DNA of 64,000 bases from positions 67,712 to 131,711 of the IMG/VR virus record IMGVR_UViG_3300028887_000079, one strand, 5' to 3'. Numbering within the stretch: the stretch's first letter is position 1; each line of letters starts with the position of its first letter. A model generated the notes under the pieces. That model worked only from the letters and a program-made list of their open reading frames with translations. It was not told where the DNA came from and did no database searches. This DNA comes from a virus (taxonomy: Duplodnaviria; Caudoviricetes). Below are positions 1-9,909 of this stretch, one piece after another. A program made the position numbers and the translations under genes.

Positions 1-653
1 CCATCAAGGAACAACGGAGCCTTCAATGCTTGGGCAATGCGGAGCAGGGATTCAACAGCGAGCATCTTGCCGCCATCCTTATTCAAGGATTCGGACACAA
101 GGGAAGGCTGTGCTTCAAGGAATCCGGGGTCTTGGACGAAATCAAAGCGTTCAAGGCAATAGGTGTCCGGATCCATAATATCATCGCCGCTTTCGGTTTT
201 TCCCTTATAATCACCAGTGGCGCGGGAGCTCACAAACAAAACAATACCCGCACGAAGGCAGGTAAGCAGGTTGCGCCCCATCGGGGTATCAATGATAACG
301 GATTCGGCTTCGCCGGTTTCCCAATTGATGTTGCGGGTGAAATGCGAGAACTTTCCTTCGCCGATGTCTTCGTCCGTAATTTCAGGTTCGTGGCCAACGC
401 GGCCCACCACTGCATTGCGCTTGAGGCGTGCCATAAAGTTTTCATCATTCTTCACGCCGGTCCAAAGTTCAGGCGGATACCAACGGTGATTGCGGGAGGT
501 GCCGCCGGGACAGAAATGCTTGCCCTTCACAATGGCAAGGATGGCGCCACGGCTGTTGTTGACCTCGTCCTTAAACGCTTCGGAAATCTTAGCGCGATCT
601 TCAATAAGGGTGTAACCTTCAAATGCGATCTCGTCAATAATTTTGCGTTTCAT
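1..653 (-). CDS. prohead core protease (T4 gp21-like), runs off window start
   Basis: Not in the ORF track. Manual translation MKRKIIDEIAFEG... contains SRNHRWYP, GHEP, TPMGR, VSSRATG and FDFVQDPGF, matching gp21/peptidase S77 motifs. Confidence 0.85.
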   Translation of the reverse strand, partial: MKRKIIDEIAFEGYTLIEDRAKISEAFKDEVNNSRGAILAIVKGKHFCPGGTSRNHRWYPPELWTGVKNDENFMARLKRNAVVGRVGHEPEITDEDIGEGKFSHFTRNINWETGEAESVIIDTPMGRNLLTCLRAGIVLFVSSRATGDYKGKTESGDDIMDPDTYCLERFDFVQDPGFLEAQPSLVSESLNKDGGKMLAVESLLRIAQALKAPLFLD

Positions 654-734
654 ATGTTTGGAACCTCTTTTAATAGTGAATATATGAAAAAAGAGGGGCG
701 ATGACAACCCCTCCTTTTCCCATTCAGGACTTTT

Positions 735-1424
735 TTAGTTCGACACATTCTTGTCCATCAAGGCGAATGCTTCGGCGCGTGCAGCGTCATTCTCCGTGAA
801 GATGCCACGCACACAGCTGGTAGTCGTCTTGGAAGTCTGTTCGGAAGCGCCTCGCATAGAGACACAGGAATGGATCCCGCTAATGCGAACAGCAACGGCA
901 ACGGCGCCGAGCTTTTCCATAATGGCGTCCGCGATGTTTGCCTGCCAGCCCTCCTGAAGATTCAGGCGGCGGCCATACATCTTGACCATACGGACAATCT
1001 TAGAAAGTCCGACCACCTTGTCCTTCGGGATGTAAGCAACATCCACGCGGCAATGCATTGCGGCAAGATGATGGACGCAGTTGGACCACGCATCGGTCGA
1101 AACAACCACAATTCCCTGCTCGTAAAGGGACGGGGTGGCTTTGGCATCAAAGTGGCGGTTTTCCGCATCGTCAGCCATATTCGGGCTGTTCACGGGGAAC
1201 ATCTTGTTCAAGAAGTCCGCAGGGTTAGTGCGATAACCTTCAGTCATTTCGGTCCACATCTTGCAAACGCGATGCGGAGTTTCTTTAAGGTTATCATCCA
1301 GTTCTTCATTCTCGGAGATGCCAAGCATCTTGCGAATGAGATGTTCTACCATCTTTTCGTCTTCGGCGTTAAAGATGTTTTTGGTGACGGACACCTGTTC
1401 GGTGATTTCATATTTGCGTTTCAA
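735..1424 (-). CDS. folE: GTP cyclohydrolase I
   Basis: ETPHRV, NCVHH, VVGLSKIVR, LQE and HSCVSMRG motifs; TTG start after AGGAG. Confidence 0.95.
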   Translation of the reverse strand: MKRKYEITEQVSVTKNIFNAEDEKMVEHLIRKMLGISENEELDDNLKETPHRVCKMWTEMTEGYRTNPADFLNKMFPVNSPNMADDAENRHFDAKATPSLYEQGIVVVSTDAWSNCVHHLAAMHCRVDVAYIPKDKVVGLSKIVRMVKMYGRRLNLQEGWQANIADAIMEKLGAVAVAVRISGIHSCVSMRGASEQTSKTTTSCVRGIFTENDAARAEAFALMDKNVSN

Positions 1425-1511
1425 AGGGAGTCTCCTATTGTAAGTATACAAATATACGAAAAGCGGCCCCTCCCGAAGGAGGAGCCGGCTCCATTTGAGT
1501 GATAGGAACTC

Positions 1512-2318
1512 TTACTTAGGCTTGACCGGCGAACTATTCCATTCATTCGAGTCAAATACCACGCTGTCCCTGGAAGGCGCCACAACCATCCAAAGAGAGG
1601 AGGACTCCTGATAACGGGACTGAGCAGGATCATGCGAAGGCCATTGCGTATACAAGGACTTCAGCCCCGGAACAATGGAAGCATCCACCGTGCCGTAATC
1701 GGACCCTACGCGCTGGCACACCGGCTTTCCGGTCTTTTGGGCGCGTTCAACCATTGCGGCGTAAATCTGTTTAAGATCGCCAATCTTACGGGACAAAAGA
1801 GTTTCATTGTCGTCCTCGTAAGTGCCAAGCGCCTTCGAGAGATTCTTGCGGTCAATCCAAGAACATTCGCGACCACCTGAATAATCCTTCGCATCCAAGA
1901 TGAGCGTTGCGAGGAAGCAATCGTCAAACGGAATGAAAGTTCCAGTCGGAGTTTCGGCAGCCTTCGGGGCATCGGAATAGGGCGCATCTGTCTTGGTATC
2001 GCGCTTCACGCCTTTGAGATCATAATAATACGGGCGACCCAAATCCTTGCACGCGGAAACATAAAGGCGGTGAAGTTCCGGGGAGACGCTGTAGACGTAA
2101 TACGGCTTACCGGGGACCTGTTCATAGCCAAGGCCATCCGTGTTGAGAAGCACATTGCGCAGGCCCATATAATGCGAATAGATGCCTTGAAGATCCTTGG
2201 CGTAAGCCTGGTTACCCGTGGCGGCGATGCGGCCGACAACTTCAAGGAGACCGGTCGGCTTACCGCCACGAATAAAGGTTGACGCCTCGTTTGTTTTGGA
2301 GACAAGATTGATTTTCAT
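1512..2318 (-). CDS. hypothetical, putative virion-internal protein; paralog of 2722..3588
   Basis: MKINLVSKTNEA N-terminus; first ~95 aa similar to 2722..3588. Confidence 0.7.
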   Translation of the reverse strand: MKINLVSKTNEASTFIRGGKPTGLLEVVGRIAATGNQAYAKDLQGIYSHYMGLRNVLLNTDGLGYEQVPGKPYYVYSVSPELHRLYVSACKDLGRPYYYDLKGVKRDTKTDAPYSDAPKAAETPTGTFIPFDDCFLATLILDAKDYSGGRECSWIDRKNLSKALGTYEDDNETLLSRKIGDLKQIYAAMVERAQKTGKPVCQRVGSDYGTVDASIVPGLKSLYTQWPSHDPAQSRYQESSSLWMVVAPSRDSVVFDSNEWNSSPVKPK

Positions 2319-2713
2319 TAGTCTTCTCCCAGCGCAATCAAAATGTTTGCGGCAGCGCTGTTGAAATGGCGTTCAAATCCAAGGGCACGTGAAGATTCAC
2401 GGAGCTGGTCGGCCACTAAGGTCACCGACTTTCCGCCATCCTTGCTCGGGGATTGTAGCTCACCATTGATGAATGCGTGAATCGCCTTTTCGGCCGCATA
2501 GCGCAAGGCATCGGAAACGGTTTGCGAATTGAATGGGGCGCCTACCAATGCAGTGCCGGTGTCCCTTGCGGCGCCGTTCTTATCAATAAGAGTCACTTCA
2601 AGAAGGATGTCTTCCGGGCGCTGCTCGTAATAAGCGGAAAAGCCGGAGTTGATTTCAAGGGAGCCGGAGTTGCCTTCACGGACATTCTTTTCAACAAGCT
2701 TGATCTTTGCCAT
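2318..2713 (-). CDS. hypothetical, MAKIKL-family
   Basis: Starts MAKIKLVEKNVREG after a GAGG RBS. Confidence 0.7.
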   Translation of the reverse strand: MAKIKLVEKNVREGNSGSLEINSGFSAYYEQRPEDILLEVTLIDKNGAARDTGTALVGAPFNSQTVSDALRYAAEKAIHAFINGELQSPSKDGGKSVTLVADQLRESSRALGFERHFNSAAANILIALGED

Positions 2714-2721
2714 AATGACCT

Positions 2722-3588
2722 CTATTTGTAATCCCAATCGGTGATACGCGGGTTGGCGGGGTAAGGTTCAACAAACTGGACCTCTTCATCCGTCTCATAC
2801 CCATCCTTATTCACAATCACGTATTCGCCATCGCGTTCGCCGGTCGGCTTGAGTTTCAAGCCGTTAAAGTATGCCTTGAATTCGTCCATCGTGGCATCCT
2901 CTTTATAATCCGGATCCCAACCAAGGCGGCGAACATAATACTCGGTGGACCAAACAATCGGACTCCAGCCCCACCCCTGATCGATCTTGTGCGAGAAGGT
3001 GAGTTTGATTTTCTCGCAAGACGGGGCAGCATCACGCGGTTTCAGTCGGTTGATGTAGCGGGATGCCTTGTCCATAACATCCTGAGCGGCACGGTTGTAG
3101 CGAATGTCAATATCAAAATTACTCACGCGCTGCTTAATGCGATTGTAGAAGTCCACGTCCTTCGGGCCGTTATCCAATGCACGGCTCAGCGCATCGAAAT
3201 ACGCGAAGGTCGCACTGGTATTGGCGGTATCGGGGAACGGGGGCAAATCGTATTTGTCGGCGCTCTTCTTCGGAGCAGCCGGAGCGGGAGTTTCGCCAGC
3301 CGGGGTTCTACCCAATTCTTTGCAGGCGGCGATGTAATCCTTCTTCAAATCGTCCGTGACCGCCAACGCAGGGAAAGACCCGGAGGTGTCGCGGACGATG
3401 CCGGTAGCATTACGCAATGTCGAATAGAGGACCTGAGGACGGGTGAAGAACTGGTGAAGATCCTTCCCGCGGCACTTTCCGCCATTCTTAATGATGAAAT
3501 CAACCACATCAAAAAGCTTGGTAGGGCGCCCGCCACGAATCAAGGCGGATGCTTCGCTCTTGCTTGACACTAAATGAATTTGCGGCAT
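2722..3588 (-). CDS. hypothetical, putative virion-internal protein
   Basis: MPQIHLVSSKSEA N-terminus; shares a domain with 1512..2318. Confidence 0.7.
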   Translation of the reverse strand: MPQIHLVSSKSEASALIRGGRPTKLFDVVDFIIKNGGKCRGKDLHQFFTRPQVLYSTLRNATGIVRDTSGSFPALAVTDDLKKDYIAACKELGRTPAGETPAPAAPKKSADKYDLPPFPDTANTSATFAYFDALSRALDNGPKDVDFYNRIKQRVSNFDIDIRYNRAAQDVMDKASRYINRLKPRDAAPSCEKIKLTFSHKIDQGWGWSPIVWSTEYYVRRLGWDPDYKEDATMDEFKAYFNGLKLKPTGERDGEYVIVNKDGYETDEEVQFVEPYPANPRITDWDYK

Positions 3589-3636
3589 ATAATTCTCGGA
3601 TAAAAGTTTTCAATAATATACTCTTTTTCCGGAATA

Positions 3637-4050
3637 TCAGGCACCTGACAAATGCTCCAACAATAGGCGCTTCAAGCGTTCTACCGCTTCTTCCAGCGGG
3701 GGATCACCCCAAAAGCCAAACCCCTCCTTTGTATGAAGGGCGGATGCATCCCTTATCGGATAGACAAAATCCTTGAATGGGCGGGTGGATGTGAAAAGCG
3801 CGTGAATGTCCCTGTCGGACACTTTCTTTGGCGCCGGGAAGAAGGCCAAGAAGGGCCACAATAAACCCTTGGCGCCTGAATGCGAAACTAGGTCGCCGGT
3901 ATCGGGGACAACCATTCCCTTGCCGGGCGAATACATGTGCTGGCGATGGACAAGATCCGTGGTCTCGCCGACAATTATTGCCTTGCGATAATACTTGGTT
4001 CCGAGCAGGTTGTCGCCTGCAAAGTAGATGTATTTTTGCTTGTCCGCCAT
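3637..4050 (-). CDS. GIY-YIG/T5orf172-like nuclease-fold protein
   Basis: YIYFA...VGETTDLVHR pattern. Confidence 0.4.
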   Translation of the reverse strand: MADKQKYIYFAGDNLLGTKYYRKAIIVGETTDLVHRQHMYSPGKGMVVPDTGDLVSHSGAKGLLWPFLAFFPAPKKVSDRDIHALFTSTRPFKDFVYPIRDASALHTKEGFGFWGDPPLEEAVERLKRLLLEHLSGA

Positions 4051-5147
4051 TAACCTTCCACCGGCATCGGGGTCACAACATACTCTTCGCCGGTTGCCTG
4101 CTTGATGGCATCCGACACCGCCTTAGCGGTCGCCAACATGTCGGCATTGTGTTCGGCCCCTTCGACATGATTCAGGGACAACGGCATATTTGCGACCGCC
4201 ATATACGGCGTCTTATGAATGGAAACTTCGCCGCCAATTCCAACCACGGCGGATTCAATCAAAACACGCGCTTCCGGCGTGATTTCTTCAACGGCGCCGG
4301 CATAAGGCGCCGTGATTGCAAACGGGGCGTAATCATGCGGTTTTGCGGCAGTAAGCGCCACTGTAGGCTCGGCAGGCACCTCAACGGTTTCGCCAGTAGT
4401 TGCCGTATGCGTTTTTGTGACCGCATAGCCGAATTGGTCCAGCGATGAGATCGGGAAGCCCTTCGGATCATAAAGGTCAATGACCAATTTCTCGACCGGA
4501 TAAACACGCGACCACGCAAATTCGGACACGTAGTTCATATAGATGGTCGCGGACCAAGCATACGCAAAAAGGTTGCCCTCTTTGAAGTTGACAAGATCCG
4601 CCTCGCCCAAATTTTGAATGTAGGTGAAGTTGATGATCTTGTCCTTGACATACTCGGAGTTGTAAATGTATTGCAAGGAACTGACCTGCGTTACATTCCC
4701 GGCCGCGTCCTTCTTAGGCGTGGTCAGCGGCATATTGTAGGTGTTTTGGAAAACAGCCGCAAAGGCTTCTTCCAAGTCTTCTACCGCTTCGGCCTTGTTC
4801 GATACGAAGGCGCATGCAATCTTGAACGATGCGGAAACCGTTGATTTGCCGGACGGGCGGTTCTCCGGATCCTCATGAGTATCAAGCAGGCGATAACGCT
4901 GGCGCACAATCGGCTCAAGCGAAGTGCGCGTCCAAAATAAGCACATGAACGGCTTGGAACGGACATCTTCTTTAGTTGTCATTCCTTTGCGGTCCATTTT
5001 CTTCTCGGCCAATTCGTCCGAAAGCCACGCTTCATTTTTCGCGTTCTCGGAATCATAAATGACCTTCATAGAGTCATCAAAACCCTGTTCCTTGAACAAG
5101 GCTCGAATCTTGGTCAAATATGCTTGAACGGCAACAGAGGTTATCAT
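4050..5147 (-). CDS. hypothetical, possible neck/tail-completion structural protein
   Basis: 365 aa, translationally coupled downstream of the portal; function inferred from context only. Confidence 0.45.
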   Translation of the reverse strand: MITSVAVQAYLTKIRALFKEQGFDDSMKVIYDSENAKNEAWLSDELAEKKMDRKGMTTKEDVRSKPFMCLFWTRTSLEPIVRQRYRLLDTHEDPENRPSGKSTVSASFKIACAFVSNKAEAVEDLEEAFAAVFQNTYNMPLTTPKKDAAGNVTQVSSLQYIYNSEYVKDKIINFTYIQNLGEADLVNFKEGNLFAYAWSATIYMNYVSEFAWSRVYPVEKLVIDLYDPKGFPISSLDQFGYAVTKTHTATTGETVEVPAEPTVALTAAKPHDYAPFAITAPYAGAVEEITPEARVLIESAVVGIGGEVSIHKTPYMAVANMPLSLNHVEGAEHNADMLATAKAVSDAIKQATGEEYVVTPMPVEG

Positions 5148-5416
5148 TTGCCATCCTCCGATTCATTTACGATAGGCTTGCGTGCGATGGTGATTTCAAA
5201 GTGCTCGTGCAATGCCTTATGCAGCCCGAGCTTGCGATAAAAACGGCGGCCTGCCAACGAGTGGGTCCAGTTCAACATCCCTTTCTTACGCTTGATACCG
5301 GTAATGGTCCAAGAGCGGGAAGTCCGTGCCGCCTGAATTGGGTTGGGGCGATGATACAGATCGTGCATCAACTTCTTCGCGCCAACCGGCTCATGATGCA
5401 AAAAGTAGTCGCCCAT
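5144..5416 (-). CDS. basic hypothetical protein
   Basis: Start and stop overlap the neighbouring genes. Confidence 0.6.
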   Translation of the reverse strand: MGDYFLHHEPVGAKKLMHDLYHRPNPIQAARTSRSWTITGIKRKKGMLNWTHSLAGRRFYRKLGLHKALHEHFEITIARKPIVNESEDGK

Positions 5417-6969
5417 TATGACCTCTTCTGTTCCGCAGTTTCTTCATCAGGCACGTTGATAACCTGAGTGGCGCCTGAAATGCTATCAAGCAGCGACTCG
5501 ATATAGCGTGCCTTTTCGCGCTGGCTCACGAACGGCTGGACATCCGGATCGGTTGTCAGCGTGTTGATGGTATCATAGATGTTCTTGATAACCGTGGTCG
5601 TTGCGTCCACATATTCCATTCGGTCAAGTTCCGCAACGTTGACAGCACAATACTGGCTCACATGAATGTATTCGTCCGGAACCACCATTCCGTAGGACCG
5701 GAGAAGTTCCTTCAATACCCTAGTGAGGAATTTGCGAAGTCCGTTCTGCATCATCTTCACTGCACGCGCATAACGCACATACTGGCGCATTGCAAGACCG
5801 GCGGGCTGTGCCGTGCGACCTTCGGGGCTGAAGAGGAACGAATACGGAACGCCCTTAATATCGGTAATAAGATTGCGAAGCGAATTGATTTGGTCCGGAA
5901 GGGTAGCATCATTCGTCTGTGCGGATCCGAGCGCAACGCTCATAGCGCCACGCTGAGATTGTTCCGGAATCACGCGGAGCTTGGAAGCAGCGGCGGCGAA
6001 CATACGGATGGCGCCAAGGTCCTGAGTATTAAGGGTTGTCAGGTCGGCGTTGTCATTGTTGTTGAGAATGTTTTCGTAGTAGGCGGTGAACGACCGGATC
6101 TGCGGAAGATCAAGTCCGTCCGGCGCCTTCACGCCAATAATCGTGTTGCGCTGCATAGCGGCGGCAATGCCCGCGAGATACATTTGCTCAAGCAATTCAA
6201 GCGAGAAAATCTTGTCGTAGATGTCCACACAGAACGGGCGCCCAACCGTGGAGGTTTGCGCAATAACGGAGTCCCTGCCTTGAATCATGATAGGATCTTT
6301 GGACAAGGAGAAGCGCAATCTATCCGACTGCATAGACAAGCACACGATGTTGTCGTTATCGATGGTGGCGATGCGGGTAGTGTTGCCCGGTGTCACGCGA
6401 TAATACAGCGGCTTAGAACTCAAGCCTTCAAGGCCAATCGTGAACACGGAACCGGGCTGGTAGCTGTCCTGAAGTCCGACAACGTGGTTTTCCTTATCGC
6501 GGAGATATTCAATCCAGTATTGCCCGTAGAAAATGGCATCGCAAACAATCTTATTCAGAAACGTGTCCAGCGAGATGTTGTAGCGGAAATCGTCCACAAT
6601 TCGCTGTGCCTTCTTTGACGCCGGATACTTGGTATCGATGGTCAAATCAAAGGACTTTTCGGTTTGCGGGTCAATCGCAAGCACATCATAGGCGTAGGCG
6701 TTGATCATTGCAGACACCAAATACTGGTCCTTCAAGGGCTCGTATTTGTTGAGGTCATTGCGATAAGTGACGAAATGCTCATACAGCTGCATCCACAAGC
6801 CCATTTGAGCCGTGGGTGCATTGGAAATTTCTTTAAGGCGTTGGCGGTCGGCATCGGACGTGGCAATAGCGTATTCAACACCGGTCATGCGGGTTGCGAT
6901 GTCCTTCATGATCGTTTGATCCGCGAATACCTGCTGAAAAGTCCGTGACGCTCGAGTAAAAATGTTCAT
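5416..6969 (-). CDS. portal protein (T4 gp20-like)
   Basis: 517 aa; FYGQYWIE, IKGVPYSFL and YARAVKMMQ segments resemble gp20-family motifs. Confidence 0.75.
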   Translation of the reverse strand: MNIFTRASRTFQQVFADQTIMKDIATRMTGVEYAIATSDADRQRLKEISNAPTAQMGLWMQLYEHFVTYRNDLNKYEPLKDQYLVSAMINAYAYDVLAIDPQTEKSFDLTIDTKYPASKKAQRIVDDFRYNISLDTFLNKIVCDAIFYGQYWIEYLRDKENHVVGLQDSYQPGSVFTIGLEGLSSKPLYYRVTPGNTTRIATIDNDNIVCLSMQSDRLRFSLSKDPIMIQGRDSVIAQTSTVGRPFCVDIYDKIFSLELLEQMYLAGIAAAMQRNTIIGVKAPDGLDLPQIRSFTAYYENILNNNDNADLTTLNTQDLGAIRMFAAAASKLRVIPEQSQRGAMSVALGSAQTNDATLPDQINSLRNLITDIKGVPYSFLFSPEGRTAQPAGLAMRQYVRYARAVKMMQNGLRKFLTRVLKELLRSYGMVVPDEYIHVSQYCAVNVAELDRMEYVDATTTVIKNIYDTINTLTTDPDVQPFVSQREKARYIESLLDSISGATQVINVPDEETAEQKRS

Positions 6970-7017
6970 ACACTAAATATACTATTTCTTGCGAATCAGG
7001 CGCACCGGACAAATAAC

Positions 7018-7755
7018 TTATGGCAAGCGCACATGATTGTTGTTTTCAATCCAATACTTGAAGCGCCCCCATACCGGGGATTCGGGGCACACAAATCCAT
7101 CAGGAACCCAGCCGCCCGCATTTTGATATGCGGACACCGCCGTGAACAAAGAGGACGCCTTCCCCAACAAAAGTTTCTTGCTGTCCGTGTCGAGGAATGT
7201 TTCCGGGATGTCCTGCCAATAGCGAAGCAGGTTCAAGGCGCCCTGCCAAAAGTATGCCGGCGCCTTCATCTTTGCCTTCAGTCCGATCGACTGGACCATT
7301 TCACAAATTCGCGGCTTGAGTTCCGCCTGAGCCTCGGCGATGCGTGCCGCCTCGGACTTTTGGAAATAGAAATGGAGGAACGGACTGAATACGCCCTGCC
7401 CCTTTGTGACCGGGGCTATAAGAAAGTGTGCTACCGGAACTTTCATGCGGACGCCGTTCTGTAAAGGCGGATACCAACATCCCTCCTTTTGGCGCTCGCT
7501 GATTGTCTGCAAGGCGGTTGTGATTGCATTGACCGCTGAATCTGTCCCGTTAAAGACTAGCGGGTAACGCGGCTTGCAGTGATCCGCCCAATCGCGGACA
7601 AATCGGTTGGTCGCAATTTCATCAATAAGGGCGAGACCTTCTCGGTGCGTCTTGGTGAACGCATTTTGCGAAGGCCTTAAAATGTTCGGAAAACGGCGCT
7701 CGAGGACAAATACCGGATCGTCCTCGGCTGCTTGTGGTTTAAGATTGAATGCCAT
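7018..7755 (-). CDS. hypothetical protein
   Basis: 245-aa ORF with TATAAT 5 nt upstream of the ATG. Confidence 0.65.
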   Translation of the reverse strand: MAFNLKPQAAEDDPVFVLERRFPNILRPSQNAFTKTHREGLALIDEIATNRFVRDWADHCKPRYPLVFNGTDSAVNAITTALQTISERQKEGCWYPPLQNGVRMKVPVAHFLIAPVTKGQGVFSPFLHFYFQKSEAARIAEAQAELKPRICEMVQSIGLKAKMKAPAYFWQGALNLLRYWQDIPETFLDTDSKKLLLGKASSLFTAVSAYQNAGGWVPDGFVCPESPVWGRFKYWIENNNHVRLP

Positions 7756-7761
7756 ACCAAA

Positions 7762-8067
7762 TTATACGGCGCCCTTTTGCTTTCGATCCACGCTCTCGCG
7801 GACGGAAGGGCTGAACTTGAGAATTGGGATGAAGCGCTCCGGTATGGCAGCCTTCTCACCGGTGCGGGGATTTCTTGCGGGGCGGCTCTTGCGGCGCTGG
7901 ACGGAGAATGTTCCGAAGCCCCGGATCTCAATGCACTCGCCCTTCAAAAGATGGCGTTCGACTGCCTTCAAAAATTCCTCGACCACCGGGCGAACTTGAG
8001 GTTCCTTAATAAACGTGCGGTCGACAATGTCGTCAATGAGATTCTTCTTGGTGATGTTCGTAGCCAC
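7762..8067 (-). CDS. HU/IHF family DNA-binding protein
   Basis: IEIRGFGTF and ARNPRTGE motifs; GTG start after AGGAGG. Confidence 0.95.
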   Translation of the reverse strand: MATNITKKNLIDDIVDRTFIKEPQVRPVVEEFLKAVERHLLKGECIEIRGFGTFSVQRRKSRPARNPRTGEKAAIPERFIPILKFSPSVRESVDRKQKGAV

Positions 8068-8080
8068 TAGTCCTCCTAAA

Positions 8081-8632
8081 TTATCCGATTGAAATTGTAG
8101 GCACGGTTGAGGCGTGAACGCCTTGGAGCGGACAAACCGTGCAGGCGTTGAGTGCCGGGGCGATTGCGTTGCCCACATTGATGATATCGCCCGTGATGGT
8201 TACAAGGCCGGACGCCTCGATCTTCGTGCCGACCGGGTCGTGCGTAATCTTCAAGTTGCCATCACCGGTTTCCATCGAAATCATTGAGCCGTCCTTCTTG
8301 CCAGTAATGATATTCTTCCCGAAGCGCAAATAGAAGTCGGTGGTGAGGTCGGTCCCTTCCAATTCCTCCGCAAGTCCCATAATGTAGCTTTGCATAAAGG
8401 TATCAACCGAAACGACCACCTTATCACCAATTTCATAGGAGAATGTCATTGGCGCGAGCTGGCGGGCAAACGTGGTCAGCTGCGTTTCATTCCCCTCGGA
8501 ATCCGTGTAAGTGATTTCAACGGTGTAATTCGGTCCATCTTCGGTGATTACGCCGATATAGCAGGCACGGCGGGGATCGAGAAATTTATGCAAGGCGCGA
8601 AGCCCAAGATCAAACTGCATACATGCCTCCAT
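8081..8632 (-). CDS. putative baseplate spike (gpV-like)
   Basis: OB-fold-like N-terminus (IGDKVVV), beta-rich middle, C-terminal CxxC..H metal-tip motif. Confidence 0.5.
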   Translation of the reverse strand: MEACMQFDLGLRALHKFLDPRRACYIGVITEDGPNYTVEITYTDSEGNETQLTTFARQLAPMTFSYEIGDKVVVSVDTFMQSYIMGLAEELEGTDLTTDFYLRFGKNIITGKKDGSMISMETGDGNLKITHDPVGTKIEASGLVTITGDIINVGNAIAPALNACTVCPLQGVHASTVPTISIG

Positions 8633-8775
8633 TTGCGCAATAACGCGCTTCTACGGCGAGTTTTCGCATCAGGCATAAACTTATACGGGGATTGCGGAAA
8701 ACGCGCTTAAACTCTCATTAAAATATAAAAAACGCCCCCGATAATCAATACCGGAGGCGCCTTGTAGTTTAGGGG

Positions 8776-9174
8776 TTACTTGATTGACGGACTGGTCAAT
8801 TCCCAAGGGAACTCAAACCACGCCTCGCTATCCTTATGCAATTCCGGGACGAACAGCCCGCAAAGATCCGGCTGGACTTTCGCGGTCTCCTTCGAGACAT
8901 CCGTGTAGAAAATCGGGTTATACTTTTGATAGTCAACCAACGTATTTCCGGTGTCACAAATATCGTCCACAATAAGGCAGCCTTCACGAGGCGCCGTCAA
9001 AAATTCAACCTTCAGCAGGTGCGAGAAAAGGACCGCAAGGCAGGCGCCACCGCGAGGGATGCCATACACCCCATTCACGAAGCGCTTAGTCTTCACAAGT
9101 TCCTTTGCCGCAGTGCCTGCCGAAAGGACAACATCTTCCCAAGTGCGATGGACAACTCTAGGCGTTTGCTTCAT
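8776..9174 (-). CDS. purine phosphoribosyltransferase (Gpt/XGPRT-like)
   Basis: GIPRGG, LIVDDICDTGNT (PRPP loop) and WFEFPWE; overlaps the end of queC. Confidence 0.88.
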   Translation of the reverse strand: MKQTPRVVHRTWEDVVLSAGTAAKELVKTKRFVNGVYGIPRGGACLAVLFSHLLKVEFLTAPREGCLIVDDICDTGNTLVDYQKYNPIFYTDVSKETAKVQPDLCGLFVPELHKDSEAWFEFPWELTSPSIK

Positions 9175-9865
9175 ATTCAATCGGATCCTTTGTTCCGTTT
9201 GCTTCAAAAGCAGCCTTGCGGTCAATGCAGGTGCCGCACGTGCCACAAGCCTTTTCGCCGCCCTTATAGCAGCTCCACGTCAATTCGTAAGGAACTTTCA
9301 GGCGCAAGCCCTCGGCGACCACGCCAGCCTTGTTCAGGTTGATGAGCGGGCGCCAAACGTGAATCTTTCCGTAAGTGCCGATCGAAATGGCGTTATCCAT
9401 AGCATCGGCGAAGGCGGGAGAACAATCAGCGTATGCCTGCCCGGCGGCATCATCCGCATGTGCGCCATACACAACCACGGCATCCTGACCGGGGAAGAGG
9501 GAATCGGCGTAAGCGGTAGCGATGGACAAAAGCAAGCCGTTGCGGAACGGGACGTAAGTGCCAACGCGGCCTTCACCATTTTCTGCGATCTGTTCGGCGT
9601 AGGACTTATCCGGAATTTCCGTCTTGGAATCCTTCATGAGCGAGCAAACATCGCCGGCATACTTCATCACGCAAGAAATGTCTTCTTCGATATGGCGGAC
9701 GCCATAATGTTCGGCGACCTTGCGAGCGCATTCAAGTTCCTTGTCGTGGCGCTGCCCGTAATAGAGCGTGGCGGTGACAACATTTTCCTTGCCATACTTT
9801 TCAATGGCGAGGGCAACACAGGTGGTAGAATCGACTCCACCGGAATTCAAAACCAATGCCTTCAT
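9158..9865 (-). CDS. queC: 7-cyano-7-deazaguanine synthase
   Basis: SGGVDS, VPFRN, YADCS and TWSCY..CGTCGTC motifs. Confidence 0.96.
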   Translation of the reverse strand: MKALVLNSGGVDSTTCVALAIEKYGKENVVTATLYYGQRHDKELECARKVAEHYGVRHIEEDISCVMKYAGDVCSLMKDSKTEIPDKSYAEQIAENGEGRVGTYVPFRNGLLLSIATAYADSLFPGQDAVVVYGAHADDAAGQAYADCSPAFADAMDNAISIGTYGKIHVWRPLINLNKAGVVAEGLRLKVPYELTWSCYKGGEKACGTCGTCIDRKAAFEANGTKDPIEYEANA

Positions 9866-9909
9866 TTGACATTCTCCTATTTGAAATGTTTATACGCAAA
9901 AAGGACACC

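Noticed and set aside
30-704. 224-aa plus-strand ORF and many other long antisense ORFs (e.g. 5662-6618, 25564-26934, 61049-62398)
   Set aside because: They are shadows of motif-bearing genes on the opposite strand, with no RBS or recognisable motifs.
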